A stretch of 64,000 bases of DNA from the NCBI GenBank assembly GCA_047967505.1, contig CM106538.1; one strand, written 5' to 3'. The notes beneath the pieces are model-generated. The model saw only the letters and a program-made list of their open reading frames with translations, did not search any database and had not been told where the DNA came from. This DNA is from Dipteris shenzhenensis (lineage: Eukaryota). Position numbers and translations under genes: made by a program. Shown piece by piece: positions 13,150 through 26,904 of the stretch; position 1 is the first letter of the stretch, and each line of letters opens with the position of its first letter.

Positions 13150-14180
13150 ATATTTTTTTTTCACTCCTTTCCTATCCCCCTCATTGCTCTCTGCCATCCT
13201 CTTTCTCATCCCATCGTCCTCCCCTTCCCTATCCTCAGAAATTCCTTATTTCTAAAATTTTCCCTTCTTTATACTCTCTTTTCTACCTTCTTGCAACCCC
13301 TCTCCTACAAACCCCTTCATCCCCTATTCTTCCAGTCATAAATTCCCTCCATCCCCTTCTGCCAATGTAGCCCTCTATCCCAAATGCCTCTTCTTTCTTT
13401 CCTCTAAATTTCATTTTCTCTAAATTTGCCTCTTCTTTCGCTTCTCTTTTTTTCCTTCTTTCAACCCCTCCATGCTTTCATAAACTGATCCCTCGATCCC
13501 CTTCATCACCTATCCTTCCCTTCATGAATTCATCCCTCTACCCCCTAAAACCAGTTCAGCCCTCTATCCCCCATTTGTGTTCTTTCTTTCCTCTAAATTT
13601 CCTTGTTGCTAAAATTTCCTCTTCTTTCTCTCCTTATAAATCCCTCCATCCCCTTCAACTACATTAGCCCTCCATCCCTTCCATCCTCTTTGATCGGTTT
13701 AGTCCTCCATCCCTCAGTTCACTTCTTTTGTTTTGGAATATTTCTCTTCTACATTTACTTCTCTACTTTTCTGCCTTCTTTCAATCCCTCTTTGCAAATG
13801 GATCTTTTATCCCCTCTCTTCAAATCCCTTCATCCCTCCTCCATCCCCTTCATCCCCAATTTTCTCTATAAATTTATTCCTCCATCCCATCCATGCCCTT
13901 TAGCCAATTTACCCCTCCATCCCCCATTCCTCTTCTCTCTCTCTTTGTCCTCTAAATTTCCTTATTTCTAACTTTGCCTATTTTGTCTCTCCTCTTTTCT
14001 ACCTTTTCTCAACCCCTCTCCTTCATAAGCTTAGCCCTTCATCACTTAAATAGTTTCAACTCTCCATCCCCATCCTATCCCCCTCCTTTTATAAAGGAAT
14101 GTTTCTTATACATTTTCCTCTTGTCTGCTCTGATCTATCTTCTTTCAACCCTTCTCTTCATAAATCCTCTATTTTTTACA
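13150..14180. repeat. Pyrimidine-rich (C/T) low-complexity region
   Basis: Strong C/T strand bias with degenerate CCCTCCATCCC and CCTCTAAATTTC motifs. The ORFs here are compositional artefacts. Confidence 0.85.
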
Positions 14181-15989
14181 TTAGATTGATGAAACGTCCA
14201 AACCCCTGCCAATATTCCTTTAATCCGTCCCATGTTGCCAATGTCCATATTACATGGGATATGGGTTCCTACTTATCTTATGTTTGAGAGAAACACTAGC
14301 AAGACAAGCTTTGTATAGACTTTAGTGTGGTTGTGGGAGGAGAACATTGGACTCCACTTTGAATACACTTTGAGAACAAAACTCGGAAGTACACAAAAAC
14401 TAATTTGAAAGATTTCAACACCCTATGGAGAGATCAAGAGACACACAATCTACCCAAGTCAATGTGTGTAAAAGATATTTTAATCAATGTTGATGATTGA
14501 ATGGCTTGAGGATACATTATCCATGGAGTACAATTGGATTCATGAAGATATAGAAGAAGGTGTCAAGAGTGATCCTTCAAATGATAAGAATGAAAATCAT
14601 ATCGGTAGTATTGATATCAATGACAATCATAGTTTTTAGCAATGCTAGTTCTATCTCTTTTGTAAGGACGCTATAATCTTTTTTTTAATAGAGATTTCAC
14701 ATCATTGATATTGACAAATTTTAGCGTTTGACATCACTTTCCCTTATCTACCTCTACATATGTTTGGAATGATCATTAAATTGTTAGAATGGTTCATGGG
14801 TGCTTTCAAGGTGTCTCATATATTGCCTCTTTGTATTTTAGAATGTTTTGAAGCATCCAATATATCTTTCCTATGTTTTGTAAAATTAAATTTCATGACA
14901 ATAGTTTTTACATTGTTTTTTGGAGGAGAGAGAGAGAATAGGTAGCCTCCTCTTTGACCTCATCTTCTCCCTTGGTCTACCCTCCTCTTTTGCATTGTCA
15001 TTTTCATGCATAGGTTTACGTTTTTCATTTTTATGCTTTGTTTGGGAAATGTATAATCTTTGGAATGTAGGATGTCATTTCAAGAGGGGGGAAAAGGGGC
15101 ACTGACACCATGTTCAAGAGTAGCAAGAAAGTATGAAAGTTGCTGGTTTAATTAGACACTACTGAAAGTGAGAGCCTTTTTTGAGAGTTCAACGAGCAAA
15201 GAGAGTAAAGCTAAGGTAGACCACCAGCCTCTCTCTCTATCTCACAAGGGTCTCATGATATAAGGGAGGAGAGGGAGAAAATGTACAATTTGTGCATGTG
15301 CAAAGATCTTTTAATAAATACAACACTATTTAGAATTTGGTATTGGTTCTTTTTCCATGCACTTGCTTGCTATATGTCTCATAAGAATGTCAAAGTTTAT
15401 TGTATTTCATAATATAGAGCATCAAAACCGATAGCATGCCCTTTGGCCTATTTGTATTTTGAAGCAATTTGGGCCACATTGTACTTGCTTGAGGGCAACA
15501 GGGATATTCAATTTTGTTGATGTGTATTGCCAGAGCGGGGAAATCACAATAGCTAAAAATTTTACTGTCCCCATGCACTTTCACAAATTTTCACCTCCCG
15601 CCCTGCAAAGTTTTGAATATTGAATTGCATCCTCATCTTGCTTCCCTGGCAAAGTACATTCTCCTCTTGTCACACTGCAATTTTCCCCATGCAGAGTCAG
15701 CTTGATGTGACCTCATTCTTTTGGTTTGGCAGTGATATATTGCATGATGTTCCAATCACCAGGCTAGTTTAGGACAATCACATAAGTCCAATCCAGCCCG
15801 GTTACTGCTGGTTTATGACCCGAACCAGCCTAAAAATTAAACTTAAATAATTTAACTACTACAAAACATAACCAAATGGGGCTGGTCATCATGTGCCTTG
15901 ACCAATCTTTTTAGATTTCCTATATCACGAGCTCTATTTGGTTCTCTTGTGAGCCATGATGAGATGCATCCTACCATTAACGTCATAGA

Positions 15990-16900
15990 GATGGCCGGTG
16001 AACTACCACCAAAATAGAGACTAGCTAGCTTGTGAGGTGAGCAAAGAATAGAAGATGAGCTAATGAGAATCCATTACCTTTGCAATACCGTTCGTTCAAT
16101 GTAATGTGGGCATATGGTAATCATTACCAAGTAGAGAAAATTGATGTAAGGTGCAATACGTGATCGAGGAGTCATGGCCAAATTTTCAAAAGAGAGTAGA
16201 GCTAGTGCAAGATGACAAAAATCTCATCGTAAGGCAAAATGGATTATGTTGGAACCATTCAAGATATTTTGTGAGTGAACTTTAGGAAATTCCAAGTATT
16301 TATATTTGATGTGAAATGGTCCAAAGTCGTTTGTAGAGGTACTCATGCTACGGCCAGGAAGGATCCAAGTGGATTTTTTACCATTGAATCAACAAAAATC
16401 TGGGATGACTTTACTGACACATTTGTCCTACCCATGCACTGTGAGCAAGTAAGAATTTCTTGTATGGATATCATTGTTGCTCAACTTCATCAAAGATTGT
16501 ATGAACATATCATGGATTTTTTAAAAAGGTGGTCCTTTAGCTTGATCGAGTGGACAACTATTGGTGGCTTGTGATTCAAGTTGCACCTAGAAACTGACAT
16601 GCATTTCAAGGTGTGGAAGTAGAGAATGAAATTGAAGAGCAAGAAATAGATGGGTTGGAAGCTAGCACTTCCAGTACCCCTTCTACCAGAGTTTTGGAAA
16701 GTGAAGATAGTTTGAGCTCCTCAAAGTGTTTCTCAGATACTATTTTGGGAGACCTCGATCTACATGCTGAAGATGTGTGAGACTTGGCCATGGGATGATT
16801 GAGAGGATGAGCATCAATCTCACAATGAAGATTTCAGTGACTCTTCAATTGATTAAGAAATGGAGAAGAACATTGATCTAATATATGTTGCAATGTGAAA
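15990..16900 (+). pseudogene. CACTA (En/Spm) TNP2/TnpD C-terminal remnant (DUF4216-like)
   Basis: Translates to MWAYGNHYQVE..., then IFDVKWSKVV...KDPSGFFTI...DTFVLPMHCEQ|GTAAG, then a second exon with WWLVIQVAPR and an acidic tail. Stops and frameshifts are present. Confidence 0.8.
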
Positions 16901-16949
16901 ACATTTCAATTCGATTTGAATTTTGGAAGGTTTACCAAGGATGACTATC

Positions 16950-17214
16950 AATGCTTTTTTCGACGACGTGTGTTTTTTCCAAAGGCTTTTTTGGCTGGAA
17001 TATTGACAATAATCCAGTAGATAATGCTAATATAGATGCTAATACCAATGAAAATATGGACGTTATGAATTTTTGGCTGATAATATTGACAGAACATTGG
17101 CCAAAAAACTAAATAATAAAAATTTGGCTGATAATATTGACGGAACACTTGGCCAAAAACTAAGTAAAATTAATTTTAAAAAAAGCATCGTAAAAGGAGC
17201 TAATGGTAGTAGTG
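16950..17214 (+). mobile_element. CACTA right terminus with subterminal repeats
   Basis: Ends ...GGTAGTAGTG at 17214 (reverse complement CACTACTACC). It is preceded by three TTGGCTG(ATA)ATATTGAC-type repeats and lies about 300 bp after the DUF4216 remnant. Confidence 0.7.
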
Positions 17215-17652
17215 TATATCATTTGAGCATATACACCTTTGTTTCGAATTGAACTTTGGGAGGAAAAATGTCATTGCCTCTATGGAGCTAGCACTATAGA
17301 ATGATGGGGAATCTTTCTATAGATCTGCAAGCTCTTCTTCCCACTTATCATCTTCCTCGAACTTCTCCTCCCCATTAGGATCATTGTAGTTGCCACCATT
17401 TTAGGTTACTTCTCCTAATCCTAATCTTAGATACTGCTAGGCAACAACACCACTCCTCTTTGTGTGGCCAAGGGATGGACATTCTTAGAATTTCTTTTTC
17501 TAGAGTCTCACTGAAATATGCCAAAGTTGGTGAAAATAGGGAATCCAATCCTTAACTTTTTGTCTTTCTTCGTGGCTTTATCTAGATTTGGGCTCCATAA
17601 GGAGAGGAACCATGTAAATTGGGCTACATAGGCAGATGACCTAGGCTCTCAT

Positions 17653-18283
17653 ATGACTTGTCACAAAAATGTAGAAGACATGTTCTATCTGGTGGCCATT
17701 GCAACCGAGGCAATCCAAGCTACATTAGGGAAGGAAGATATTTCCCAAATCAATGTCTTTTGTGAGAACCTCATCCATATTATCCATGCACTTGTGGATG
17801 GTTTAGCAAGGCTACACATTGGAAGGTGGATGCGCATAGACCTACACCCAAGAAATATCTTGTTGGATATTGTTGGAAAGTCTAGATCCCAAGTAGCCAT
17901 CATAGATTGGGGATGTCCATGGATGTCTTGGAGAGTCAAAAGGCATCCAAGCATTTGAAAAAGTAGTACTTGGAGATAGATTCCAACCTTGCTAAGCATT
18001 GGGATGCATCACTGCTTATATGTATGCATTGGGATGGATCATTGTTGAGGATTCAATTTTTTGAAGATGCCTGGAGTTACCTTGAGGATGATCATAAAAT
18101 TCCTCCTTCTCATGTCATTAATGCCATTAAGCATCGTGCAAAAGAACAAATGATGCATCACATTGCTGATTAGAGAAAGCCACCTATTGACACTGGTGAC
18201 ATTTTAAAGAGATTAGAATGTGAGGGAGACTTTTTTATGAGGCCTATGGAAGAGATGAGGCTTACACTTGGGCTTGCAACATA
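17653..18283 (+). pseudogene. Protein kinase domain remnant (subdomains VIa-XI)
   Basis: ALVDGLARLH...RIDLHPRNILL (catalytic loop) and VAIIDWG (DFG-equivalent). After frameshifts come YLEIDSNL (APE-like) and TAYMYALGWII (subdomain IX-like). Confidence 0.75.
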
Positions 18284-18650
18284 AGCCACCTTTTTGGTCT
18301 TGTAATATTTTGGAACCCCATGTGTCAAACTTATTGTAATGAAATTCTTATTCAAAATACCATTTGACGTATATAAAATTTGCAACATGTACATTTGTTA
18401 AATTAAAGTAATCTTCTTACAACTTATTTTGCATAGCATATGTAACAGTTTGCATCTTGTATGGGAGATGTAACATCTTCATCTTGCATTGAGCATATTG
18501 CATGTGACATTTGCATCTTGCATCCTACGTCACACATTGGTGCCTCAAAAATGTTGTATTTGATGCATGCAGACCTTGCATATTGTCGCACATCGAGCTT
18601 TCAACCATACTTTGCTCTTTGCAACAACAAGCAATACTTTCCTTTGAGAA

Positions 18651-19430
18651 TGTCACAAGGAGAGGATACTCCTCCCCAGCCCAGGGAACCAGAAGCTTCC
18701 AGAAGAGTAGGCAAGTGTCCATTAATGCAAGAGGAGGCTCAATGTTCCAAGAATGAACGCTTGGAGTTCGAGCGGCTATGTAGGGTTGCAAGTGCAATGC
18801 TCGACCATGTGCCAAACACTATTGCACATACATATGTATATGCTCAGCCTACATGTTTGTATGTTTAATATTATAGTTTTTGCATGCTTCTAATATTAGA
18901 TGTATCATTTCTTAGGTCTTTTCTTAATAATTATCACATACGAACTAGCAACCAACACCATGGGCATTGGTTTTGCAAGCATGAATGGAAAGAAGTCAAC
19001 AAGATTGTCTCAAAATAAGAGCTTTTGACAATATGGCCCTTAGAGGCCGATGAAAGTGAAGCCTCAAGTAGCCAAGCTAGGAGACATAGAAGAAAAATGG
19101 AGGAAGGTGGAAGCACCCCAACCCAAGATTTGGACCAGCATAACAGATGGAAGATCACAAATTTTGGAGATAGACGGATTTGGCAAAACAATAGGCAGAT
19201 ATAAATAGAGGTATATGGGAAGGCACTGCATCATAATGAAGTAGCGATGTACTTTGCCAAATTCTTGTATGCACACTTCATAAAGGGTTTGCAGGTGGAC
19301 TTCTCATCTTATAAGGACAAGTGTACGCATGGTCATACTGAAGTGATGATCACCCAATCACAATTGTCCAAGAATTGGAGGTGCACATGGGCCATTGGAG
19401 CAACAAGTGGCATATCTCCATGAAGAGAAT
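18651..19430 (+). pseudogene. Decayed two-exon ORF of a TE-type protein, possibly Plant Mobile Domain/Transposase_32-like
   Basis: MSQGEDTPP... followed by an intron to about 18915 and a long frame with few stops: SFLNNYHI...ELLTIWPL...RWKITNF...YFAKFLYAHFIKGLQVDFS. The family call rests on pattern resemblance only. Confidence 0.35.
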
Positions 19431-19938
19431 GTAACGTGGTTCGAGCAAGCCGGACACCATCAATGGCATTGTACATGCAGGTGTTGGGCTTATTAGGACA
19501 ACTAGATACAGGACCATGACTTTGAACTCTTTATAATGTATATGATTTGTATGATGGACTTTGTTTCTAGTTATATGTTCTTTCAAGTTTGTATGGTTGC
19601 GATTTTGAATTAATAAAGTAATAAAGTAATTAGAATTTATAGAATAAAGTAGCTTGCAATTCTAAATCAAAATGCACAACTTAATGGAAAAGCATTTAGC
19701 ATTTGCAATTAAAGTTTATTGAAAAGAGGAAATCCTTACATGTGCATTCCATCCGAATCAGCAAACTAGCAATCCTAAAATAATGTGTAGTTTCTATCGC
19801 ATTAAAATGCTAAAACCTAAATGAAAAAGCATTTTGTATTTTCCATTAAAATATAAATTTAAGACTAAATAATAAAGCATTTTCCAAAAAAATTTAAGGA
19901 ACTCACCTAGTCATGGATAATTATATGCACTTTCAAAA

Positions 19939-19943
<5 letters not shown>

Positions 19944-19984
<41 letters not shown>
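19944..19984. repeat. (CT)n microsatellite
   Basis: Directly visible. Confidence 0.97.
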
Positions 19985-19987
<3 letters not shown>

Positions 19988-20679
19988 CTTATTTCATTAA
20001 TTTTAGACTCAGATGTCTACTCTTGGACTAATCCCTAAAATCCTTCCCAAATGAAAAGTTTAATTTATGAAGATATCATTCAAGAATCAAAAGTTCACTT
20101 TTTGGCACTATCATTTCCACATAATGAATTTCACAATTTGTCTCTATAATGGTTGACTACTAATGCAAAAACTTCGATTACATCCTACTTTTGTACTTCT
20201 ACTTTTTAACGATCCTATTCATGTTTTAAAAAAATCATGAGTTATTAATTTAAATCCATAAAAAATCACTTTCAAAATAAAGACTTATTAAAAAAGTTTA
20301 ATCCAAAAGAATGCACTTAAAATTTGATGTAGAAAACTATAACACTCTTGAAGTCCCAAAAAATTTAAAGGTTAAAAGAGACAAGAGGCATGGAAGACTC
20401 TTTAAAAGTGCTCCAAAAATACTAATAGCTATGCTTGCAATTTTAGATTGTCATATGTTTACAAGAAGTATTGCTCTCCACGAGTCTTTGTACAAAGGAT
20501 TCTGACACACAACCTTTTCAATAACTCAATTCTACCTTTACGAATGTGCTAAGTACAAATAGGCAGCTAGTTTGTTTGAATGTCCGATTCATCGTCACTT
20601 GTTGCTTGGATGCCATCCTCATCCAATCTCGTCTAAAGACCGTCATCTGGAGCCTTTATTGATGTCTGAATGGTATTGT

Positions 20680-23600
20680 CATGGGCATTCTTCATTTGCA
20701 CTATCTCCTTCTACTTCCTCCTTAACAAGCATCTTCAAAAACTCTGTAATGTGCGAAATAATGGGTAGCGGTATTCTTATTTTTTCTTCTACATCATATC
20801 CCATGTGTTCCCTTGTTTTCTTTGTCCTTGATTTCCATGATACTATGATTGTCTGTGTAGAAAGCTCTAAAACTACTTCATGGTTTGGAACCCATTCCTT
20901 TTTTAAACATACAATATATAGTGTATTGTTATCATGGTTCTCCTTCCTACATACCTTGGCTCATACCATAGTGCTGTAAATGTTGCAAAATTTCCCTTGT
21001 CATCCATGCTCACATCCACCACTTTTGCAACCCAGAACTTAACATTCTCATGCTCATCGTCTGATGGTCGAACTGTAACAAAACAATGGATGTCTATGTC
21101 TACTTCTAGCATAAACTCTCTCTTCCTCGGACCTCAATATGGATGTGGGAGTAGTGAATCAAACTCATTTTCAAAGACATCAAACGATGGGCGCAAGTCG
21201 TTACCAACATTTGGCCAAAATAAAGGCCGTTTTGCCTTAGCATCATCCTCTCACATTTTCTCAAGGTCCTTTATCAATTGATAGTCTTCTTAATTACAAT
21301 AATAGTGTGTTCCTTCCAAGAGGGCTTATAATCGGGATATCTACAAATCATTTCCTCTTTGTATGTAATAAAAGATTTTAAGCCTTCTATTTCACCTTGA
21401 TATTTCTCGCTAAATTCTTTTGTTGGGTCCCATATTGGATGCATTTCTTTGCTTGGAATTGAAGTAAAGAGACAGTAAGGCTCTTTGAGCTCCCATGTTG
21501 TATCATGAGAATAGTGTTGCCACTGCATCATTGGTTTTTCATCCTTTAAGAAAAAGTGAAAGTAGTGTGGAGCACTAAGGGCATCACCACCTTTTTGTAT
21601 GAAAGGTAGAATAAAGCTCTTCTAATCATGCATCCTTTCAACCATTGAGCATACTATATCTTCCTTGCGGCCACCAACTTGCCTCCCACATTTTCTTATC
21701 AAGTCATCCATCGTCTCCATGCCCTTGTGTTTTAGCTCTCTTGAGACTGTGCTAAAAACTTGATCAATATCATCATGTGTGTGTCCAACCAACAAAAACC
21801 CAACTTCAATCTCATTGAAGATTCGATGAGCGATTAGCATTGAGTAAAATGCAAAAAACAGTACATTCTTATTCTCTTGTCTACAATTGTTTGTCATGTA
21901 GATGCAAGGAATCAATCCATATGTCTGTAAAATCCTTAAATCCATGCACTAACGCTCCACATAGATGTGTCTTCAAAAAGTATTTTCCTTGTAGCTTAGG
22001 TGGAGTATTTATGAATCGAGATAATGTTGTTGTGTTATGATCCATACCATCTACAATAATGCACATGTACTCATTTGGATGAGAAATAGCTTGCTCCTTC
22101 CAAAATGCATATTTTAGTCTAGAATGTTGAACCAATCCACGATGAAATTCTCATGTTTTTTTGTATGATTCTCTTTGTTCTAGAGACATTGCACTCTCAA
22201 GTGCTCGCTTTAGATCATCACAATCACTGCACTTTGACATTTTTTGCCTTTTTGGGATTTTAACATGTACAAAGCTCTTCTTCTAAAGAGTATACAAATT
22301 GTAAAAAGATGTCAGAGCATGCCCTCTTTGCCTCTGTGTTTTTCCAATAGACTTAAACACTTCTTTTTTTGTCAAACCTATCAGAAGATGCATTTTAGAT
22401 AGGTGGGGTTTAGGTAAAACATTTTCATGAATGTAGTCTTTTATAATTACTATTGCCGAGACCATTGAGGCTCTTGTTTTGAGCCTTCCTATGTTTCCAT
22501 GAATCTTAAACTTTACTCCATATCTTGCTTTGTTTGCCAAATCCCAATATTTGCCATGTGATAATCCTGTAGTAATATGCGTTATCGCAAATAATTTTTC
22601 CATTTATACCAGACTTTATCTGTTGTTCAAATTTGGCTTTTTCGTGTCATTTACCAGAAATCAAGAGAGCCTCGTGAGTAGGTATTCATTTCTTTTTCTC
22701 CCTCTTCTTTGCCACACTTGTTCTCTGCATCCCTTGATGTCAAGTAAGTTAATGGAATGCATACAACTTCGCTTGCAACATGTAGACCACATTGCTTTGA
22801 GCATAACATCTTCATTCATTACTCTTATTCTCTTTGGTTGTTTTTTTACATCTTCTTGGACTCGCTTTCTTTTCAAGCATATGTATGCCCATTTCTTCTG
22901 TACATTTGTATACTTCTCCTCGTTAAATTTATTTGTCACTTTATTTTCATGGGATGTTACATCATCTTATTATACAATCAAAGTCAAATACCGAATAGTC
23001 CTTTGTTGGTCTCTTTTGTACATCCAAGTTTTTGGGAATTGTACACTTCTCCCTGTGGAAATTATGTCACCGTGTTTTCATGGGATGTTGCATCGTTTAT
23101 CTTCTCACTATCAAAGTCAAATATCGAATAGTCCTTTGTTGATTTCATTCTTATCTTTGAAGTAATCTTCGAACCATTTGAGTCAATATCCGTGTCATCC
23201 ATGTTTGATAAGCCAACACTTTCAAACACTTTGTGCTCCTTGACAATGTGTATGAATTCATCCACTCCATATGAGACATCACTTCTGAAATCTTTTGCTT
23301 TATTGTTGGTACCAATGAACTCATCCACAAGATATCACTTCTATAGTTAAGTGCATTGAAATCATCCAAGTTTGAGGAGACAACACAAATTATATATTTA
23401 TCTTTCTCGATGTGCGTGTATTCATTGACTCCAAATAAGACATCACTTTTGAAGTCTTTTGCCTTCACAGTACCATTGAACTCACCACCGATGATATCTT
23501 TATCTTTATCGACGTGCGCGAATTCATCGACTCCAGATAAGACATCGCTTCTAAAGTCTTTTGTCTTCATAGTACCACTGAACTCATCCACTCCTGATAA

Positions 23601-24435
23601 AATGTCACTTCTATAGAGGATTGCATTGAAATCATATAATTTTGAAGAGACAACACTTTTGATTCCTTTGCCTTTCTCAATATGCAAGAATTCATCCACT
23701 CTAGAGCAGACATTACTTCTGAATTCTTTATCTTTCTTGATATCAATGAACTCATCCACTTTTGATAAGATATCACTTCTATACTTGAGTTTATTGAAAT
23801 CATCCATGTCTGAAGGGATAAAGCTTGGCTTGTAGGCATATTCTTTAAGTCCTTTGAAGTTGTAGTATACTCTATCTTTGTCATTGAAAACCACATGTCC
23901 CTTTTTAATCTTTAAAAATTGCATGGTCCATCTCAAATCTTTTCCTTCCTAATAATATGGACCATCCAATGATGTGTTATCATCCATACCATCATTAGTA
24001 ACTTTCACAATCCTTATCTTTGCAAAGGACCACTCATCCCAGTGTTCAAACCCCAAAACTTGACCTTCCGCTTTGTTCTTATTTGCAAATGATATCATTT
24101 TGCAAAATATCTCCTACATTGAAATCCAAAGAATTGCAGTTTGTATTCTCGATGATATGTGTTGGATAAGTCTCATCTCTATCCCATGCAATAAATGGTT
24201 TATTAAAAACATTAAAAGGCATACAACTCCAAGTACTTCCATATCTCTACACTTATGCTTTCACTCAACATGTGCACTAAGAATCTTTGATATAATAACT
24301 GCAACCTTATCTTTGCCAAGTCTTCAAAAGTGACAAAGAGAATTTGGATCACTATCATGGATTGTAGCAAATGTAACTACTTCTCTTTGGCAACATAATA
24401 TCACCTCCATCACAGGAATGAAATCTGTTGCCATC
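20680..24435 (-). pseudogene. Large DUF7869-type (Sola-like) DDE transposase pseudogene
   Basis: Ordered motifs across frameshifted ORFs: SKCSDCDDL (~22230), IIVDGMDHN (~22045), (D/N)NCRQENKN and GFLLVGHTHDDIDQVFSTVS (~21780). A C-terminal FWVAKV...ALWYEP barrel-like segment follows. The N-terminal region carries RSDxLSGVDEF repeats. Confidence 0.75.
23260..23800 (-). repeat. Coding tandem repeat (~19-21 aa units, [F/Y]RSD[I/V]LSGVDEF) within the transposase N-terminus
   Basis: About 8-9 copies are visible in ORFs 23151-23936 and 23062-23328. Confidence 0.85.
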
Positions 24436-24973
24436 TTCCTGTGGAACAATTATAAAAAATATTAGACTCTTTTGAATATTTTTCCTATTAGTTGTAACTT
24501 TTTATTAAATTAATCTCTTTTATTTTACTTTTACTTTATTTTATTAAATTTTGATGGTGATACAAGGAGACAAGCATTTAGCTAATAGAATCTCTAATTT
24601 AAATTTGTGATGTTTGGTAAGAAAGAGCTATTCTCGACCTCCTTTTCAACTTTTGATGTCGATCGATGGCACTCTTGTGGAATAATTTGTTCATAAATGC
24701 CAATCCTCAAAAGTAGGGATTTCATACTCACATAATCATGTGAAATTTCTTGTGATTACATGTCGTAATGGCATATTTCATGCAATCACGAGCATAATCA
24801 CACCTTTGCACTATCAAGTGGAGAAAATACGGGTGTGTCTATTAGCAAATATAAAAGCATGGTTATCAATGCATCTAATAGCACATCTACAATGTCTTTT
24901 AGATGCATAATTTGATGCATTTATAAATACACAGCAGAGAGTAAAATTTTACTGCCGGCTGATAAATGTGCAT

Positions 24974-25950
24974 CACTACTTTCAAAACATTGCCCATGAT
25001 TACCAAAGCACATAATTTTAAAAAAATATCAATGCTATGCACATGTCACACATGATAATACGCTTTTTGTCAAACGCACATATACAAAAATTAAGTGAGG
25101 TGAGGAGAGGAGAATGAGACAATATAAAATGGTTTTGCCAATATCAATGATGGGCTACGGTTCAATCTCATCCTCAATGAGATCAGCCCTTGCCAAACTA
25201 TCTACTTCAATATCCAAACCAATGTGGAGATCTAGAAATACATTCAACCCACTATTACTTGTGCTACTGTGTTCATCGAAATCAACATCACCAATGGTAG
25301 GCTCGTCCTCATGGGTAATGTACTAAATATATGTATCTCCTATCTCCTCCTCTCTTGTATCATGATCATCATCACCTCCATGGCCATGATCATCCTCCAT
25401 ACACTCCATATTAGTAAATGTGCTATAGATCACTTTGGAACGTGGCATAATAGGTATGACATGCCACCTATTATTATCCACCATTGGTTTTGATAGATAG
25501 CCTAAATTAAACACAAATACAAACATGTTATTTTCCTTGCATCGAAGGTATCAAATATTAAAAAGTGAGTATTTTTATATATGTGTATAGTACCTGTTCA
25601 CATTGTTGCAGTAGTACTAGTGTGTCCTTGCTTTTGCCAAAACTTTGTGGAGTCAATAGTTACAAAGCCACTTGCATGGCATTTTATTGTTGCATTAGGG
25701 CCTCTTTCGACCACGTCCTTAAACCACTTGACATCCAAAACATACACAAAGAAGTGCCAAAAGTCAAGCTTAATAATATCTTGGATTATGCCACAATAAT
25801 CATCCATGGCTCCATTGGCTCCCTCAAAGCTAGCAATGATGCCGCAATCTTATGTGTTTCTCCTATCATCAATCCGTTGTGTCCAAAATTGCTTGCCGTC
25901 ACACCATATAGCATTGAACATAGTACACTACACCAAGACAAAATCAATTG
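24974..25950 (-). mobile_element. Second CACTA TNP2 C-terminal (DUF4216-like) remnant with a candidate CACTAC terminus at 24974
   Basis: DDYCGIIQDIIKLDF...LDVKWFK...HASGFVTIDSTK is homologous to the 16.3-kb copy but in the opposite orientation. The next exon reads WHVIPIMPRS. CACTACT is at 24974. Confidence 0.7.
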
Positions 25951-26825
25951 AATAAGTAATCTAAATTGTTGAAAGCTCCTAACTTATGCATAACATTCTA
26001 TATACTGACCTTTTGCATGCATCCTCTAGCATACTCCCATTCTTCCATTGTGATATACATCCTCTCATCTCTCTCTGCTCTCAGCACCTACCCTTATGGC
26101 CTTCTTGGACCGGGTCAAGGGATGTTGAGGGATCTCAGGGACTGGCAGTACGGACACTTTATCTTTCCTTGGCCACCTGGCCTTGTTCGATGCTAAGCAG
26201 GTTAAGGCTGGTGCTCTTTGGTAGGGTGATCGGGTTTGTCGGTCTTCTCACGGGCCATTCCTTGAACAAACGCTATTGATGTACCAAGGATCTTGATCTA
26301 CTTAGTCGACTTGGTGATTCTGATTCTGATGTTGCTGAGGATGATGCTAATGTTGATTCTAACTTTGCTGATGACTTTTATTAGGGGAGAAATGGGGTCT
26401 CAAAAGGGCCTCCAATTAGTGTTTCCCGATTTCAAGGGATTAGAGAGTGATTTAAGTGTACCAATGAGAGTTCTAGAAGATGTGGGGCAATGGTATGTTG
26501 AGGTGGAGGGTGGGCAGGCTTACAAAGAGCCCTTATTGGTTGTTCCCCTTACACTGGGGACCACCCAACCATCCCCCCCCTCTTAACCCATGTTTGATCC
26601 TCCTACCAGGTGCACCTCCCCCACATGAGCCCAAATCTGCCTTCAATGAGATGGTTGGCCCCGTGTGGCAAATTTTTCTTCTCCCCTCCCTCTTTCTAGG
26701 GCCTCTACCCCCCATTGTTCTGGTCCAGCCTGCCGATTCCCTCCATTTTTGAATTGCCTCCCACGCATTTGCCCTCTTCCCCCTCTTTCTCTACTCCCTC
26801 TTGCTCTAGTCTACTTGCTACAGAT

Positions 26826-26854
26826 CCTCTCTCTCTCTCCTCTCTCTCTCTCTA

Positions 26855-26904
<50 letters not shown>

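Noticed and set aside
12949-14287. Hydrophobic L/F/P/S-rich ORFs
   Set aside because: They are products of C/T-rich low-complexity DNA.
9485-17214. CACTACTAC at 9485 as the partner TIR of the 17214 end
   Set aside because: Only about 9 bp match, the flanking triplets differ (TTT vs TAT) and there are no subterminal repeats at 9485. It is possible but unsupported.
22530-23165. 211-aa plus-strand ORF
   Set aside because: It is antisense to the transposase pseudogene and has no recognisable motifs.
26200-26260. MAREKT on the - strand as another H3-tail mimic
   Set aside because: The match is too short and is followed by an early stop; it is indistinguishable from chance.
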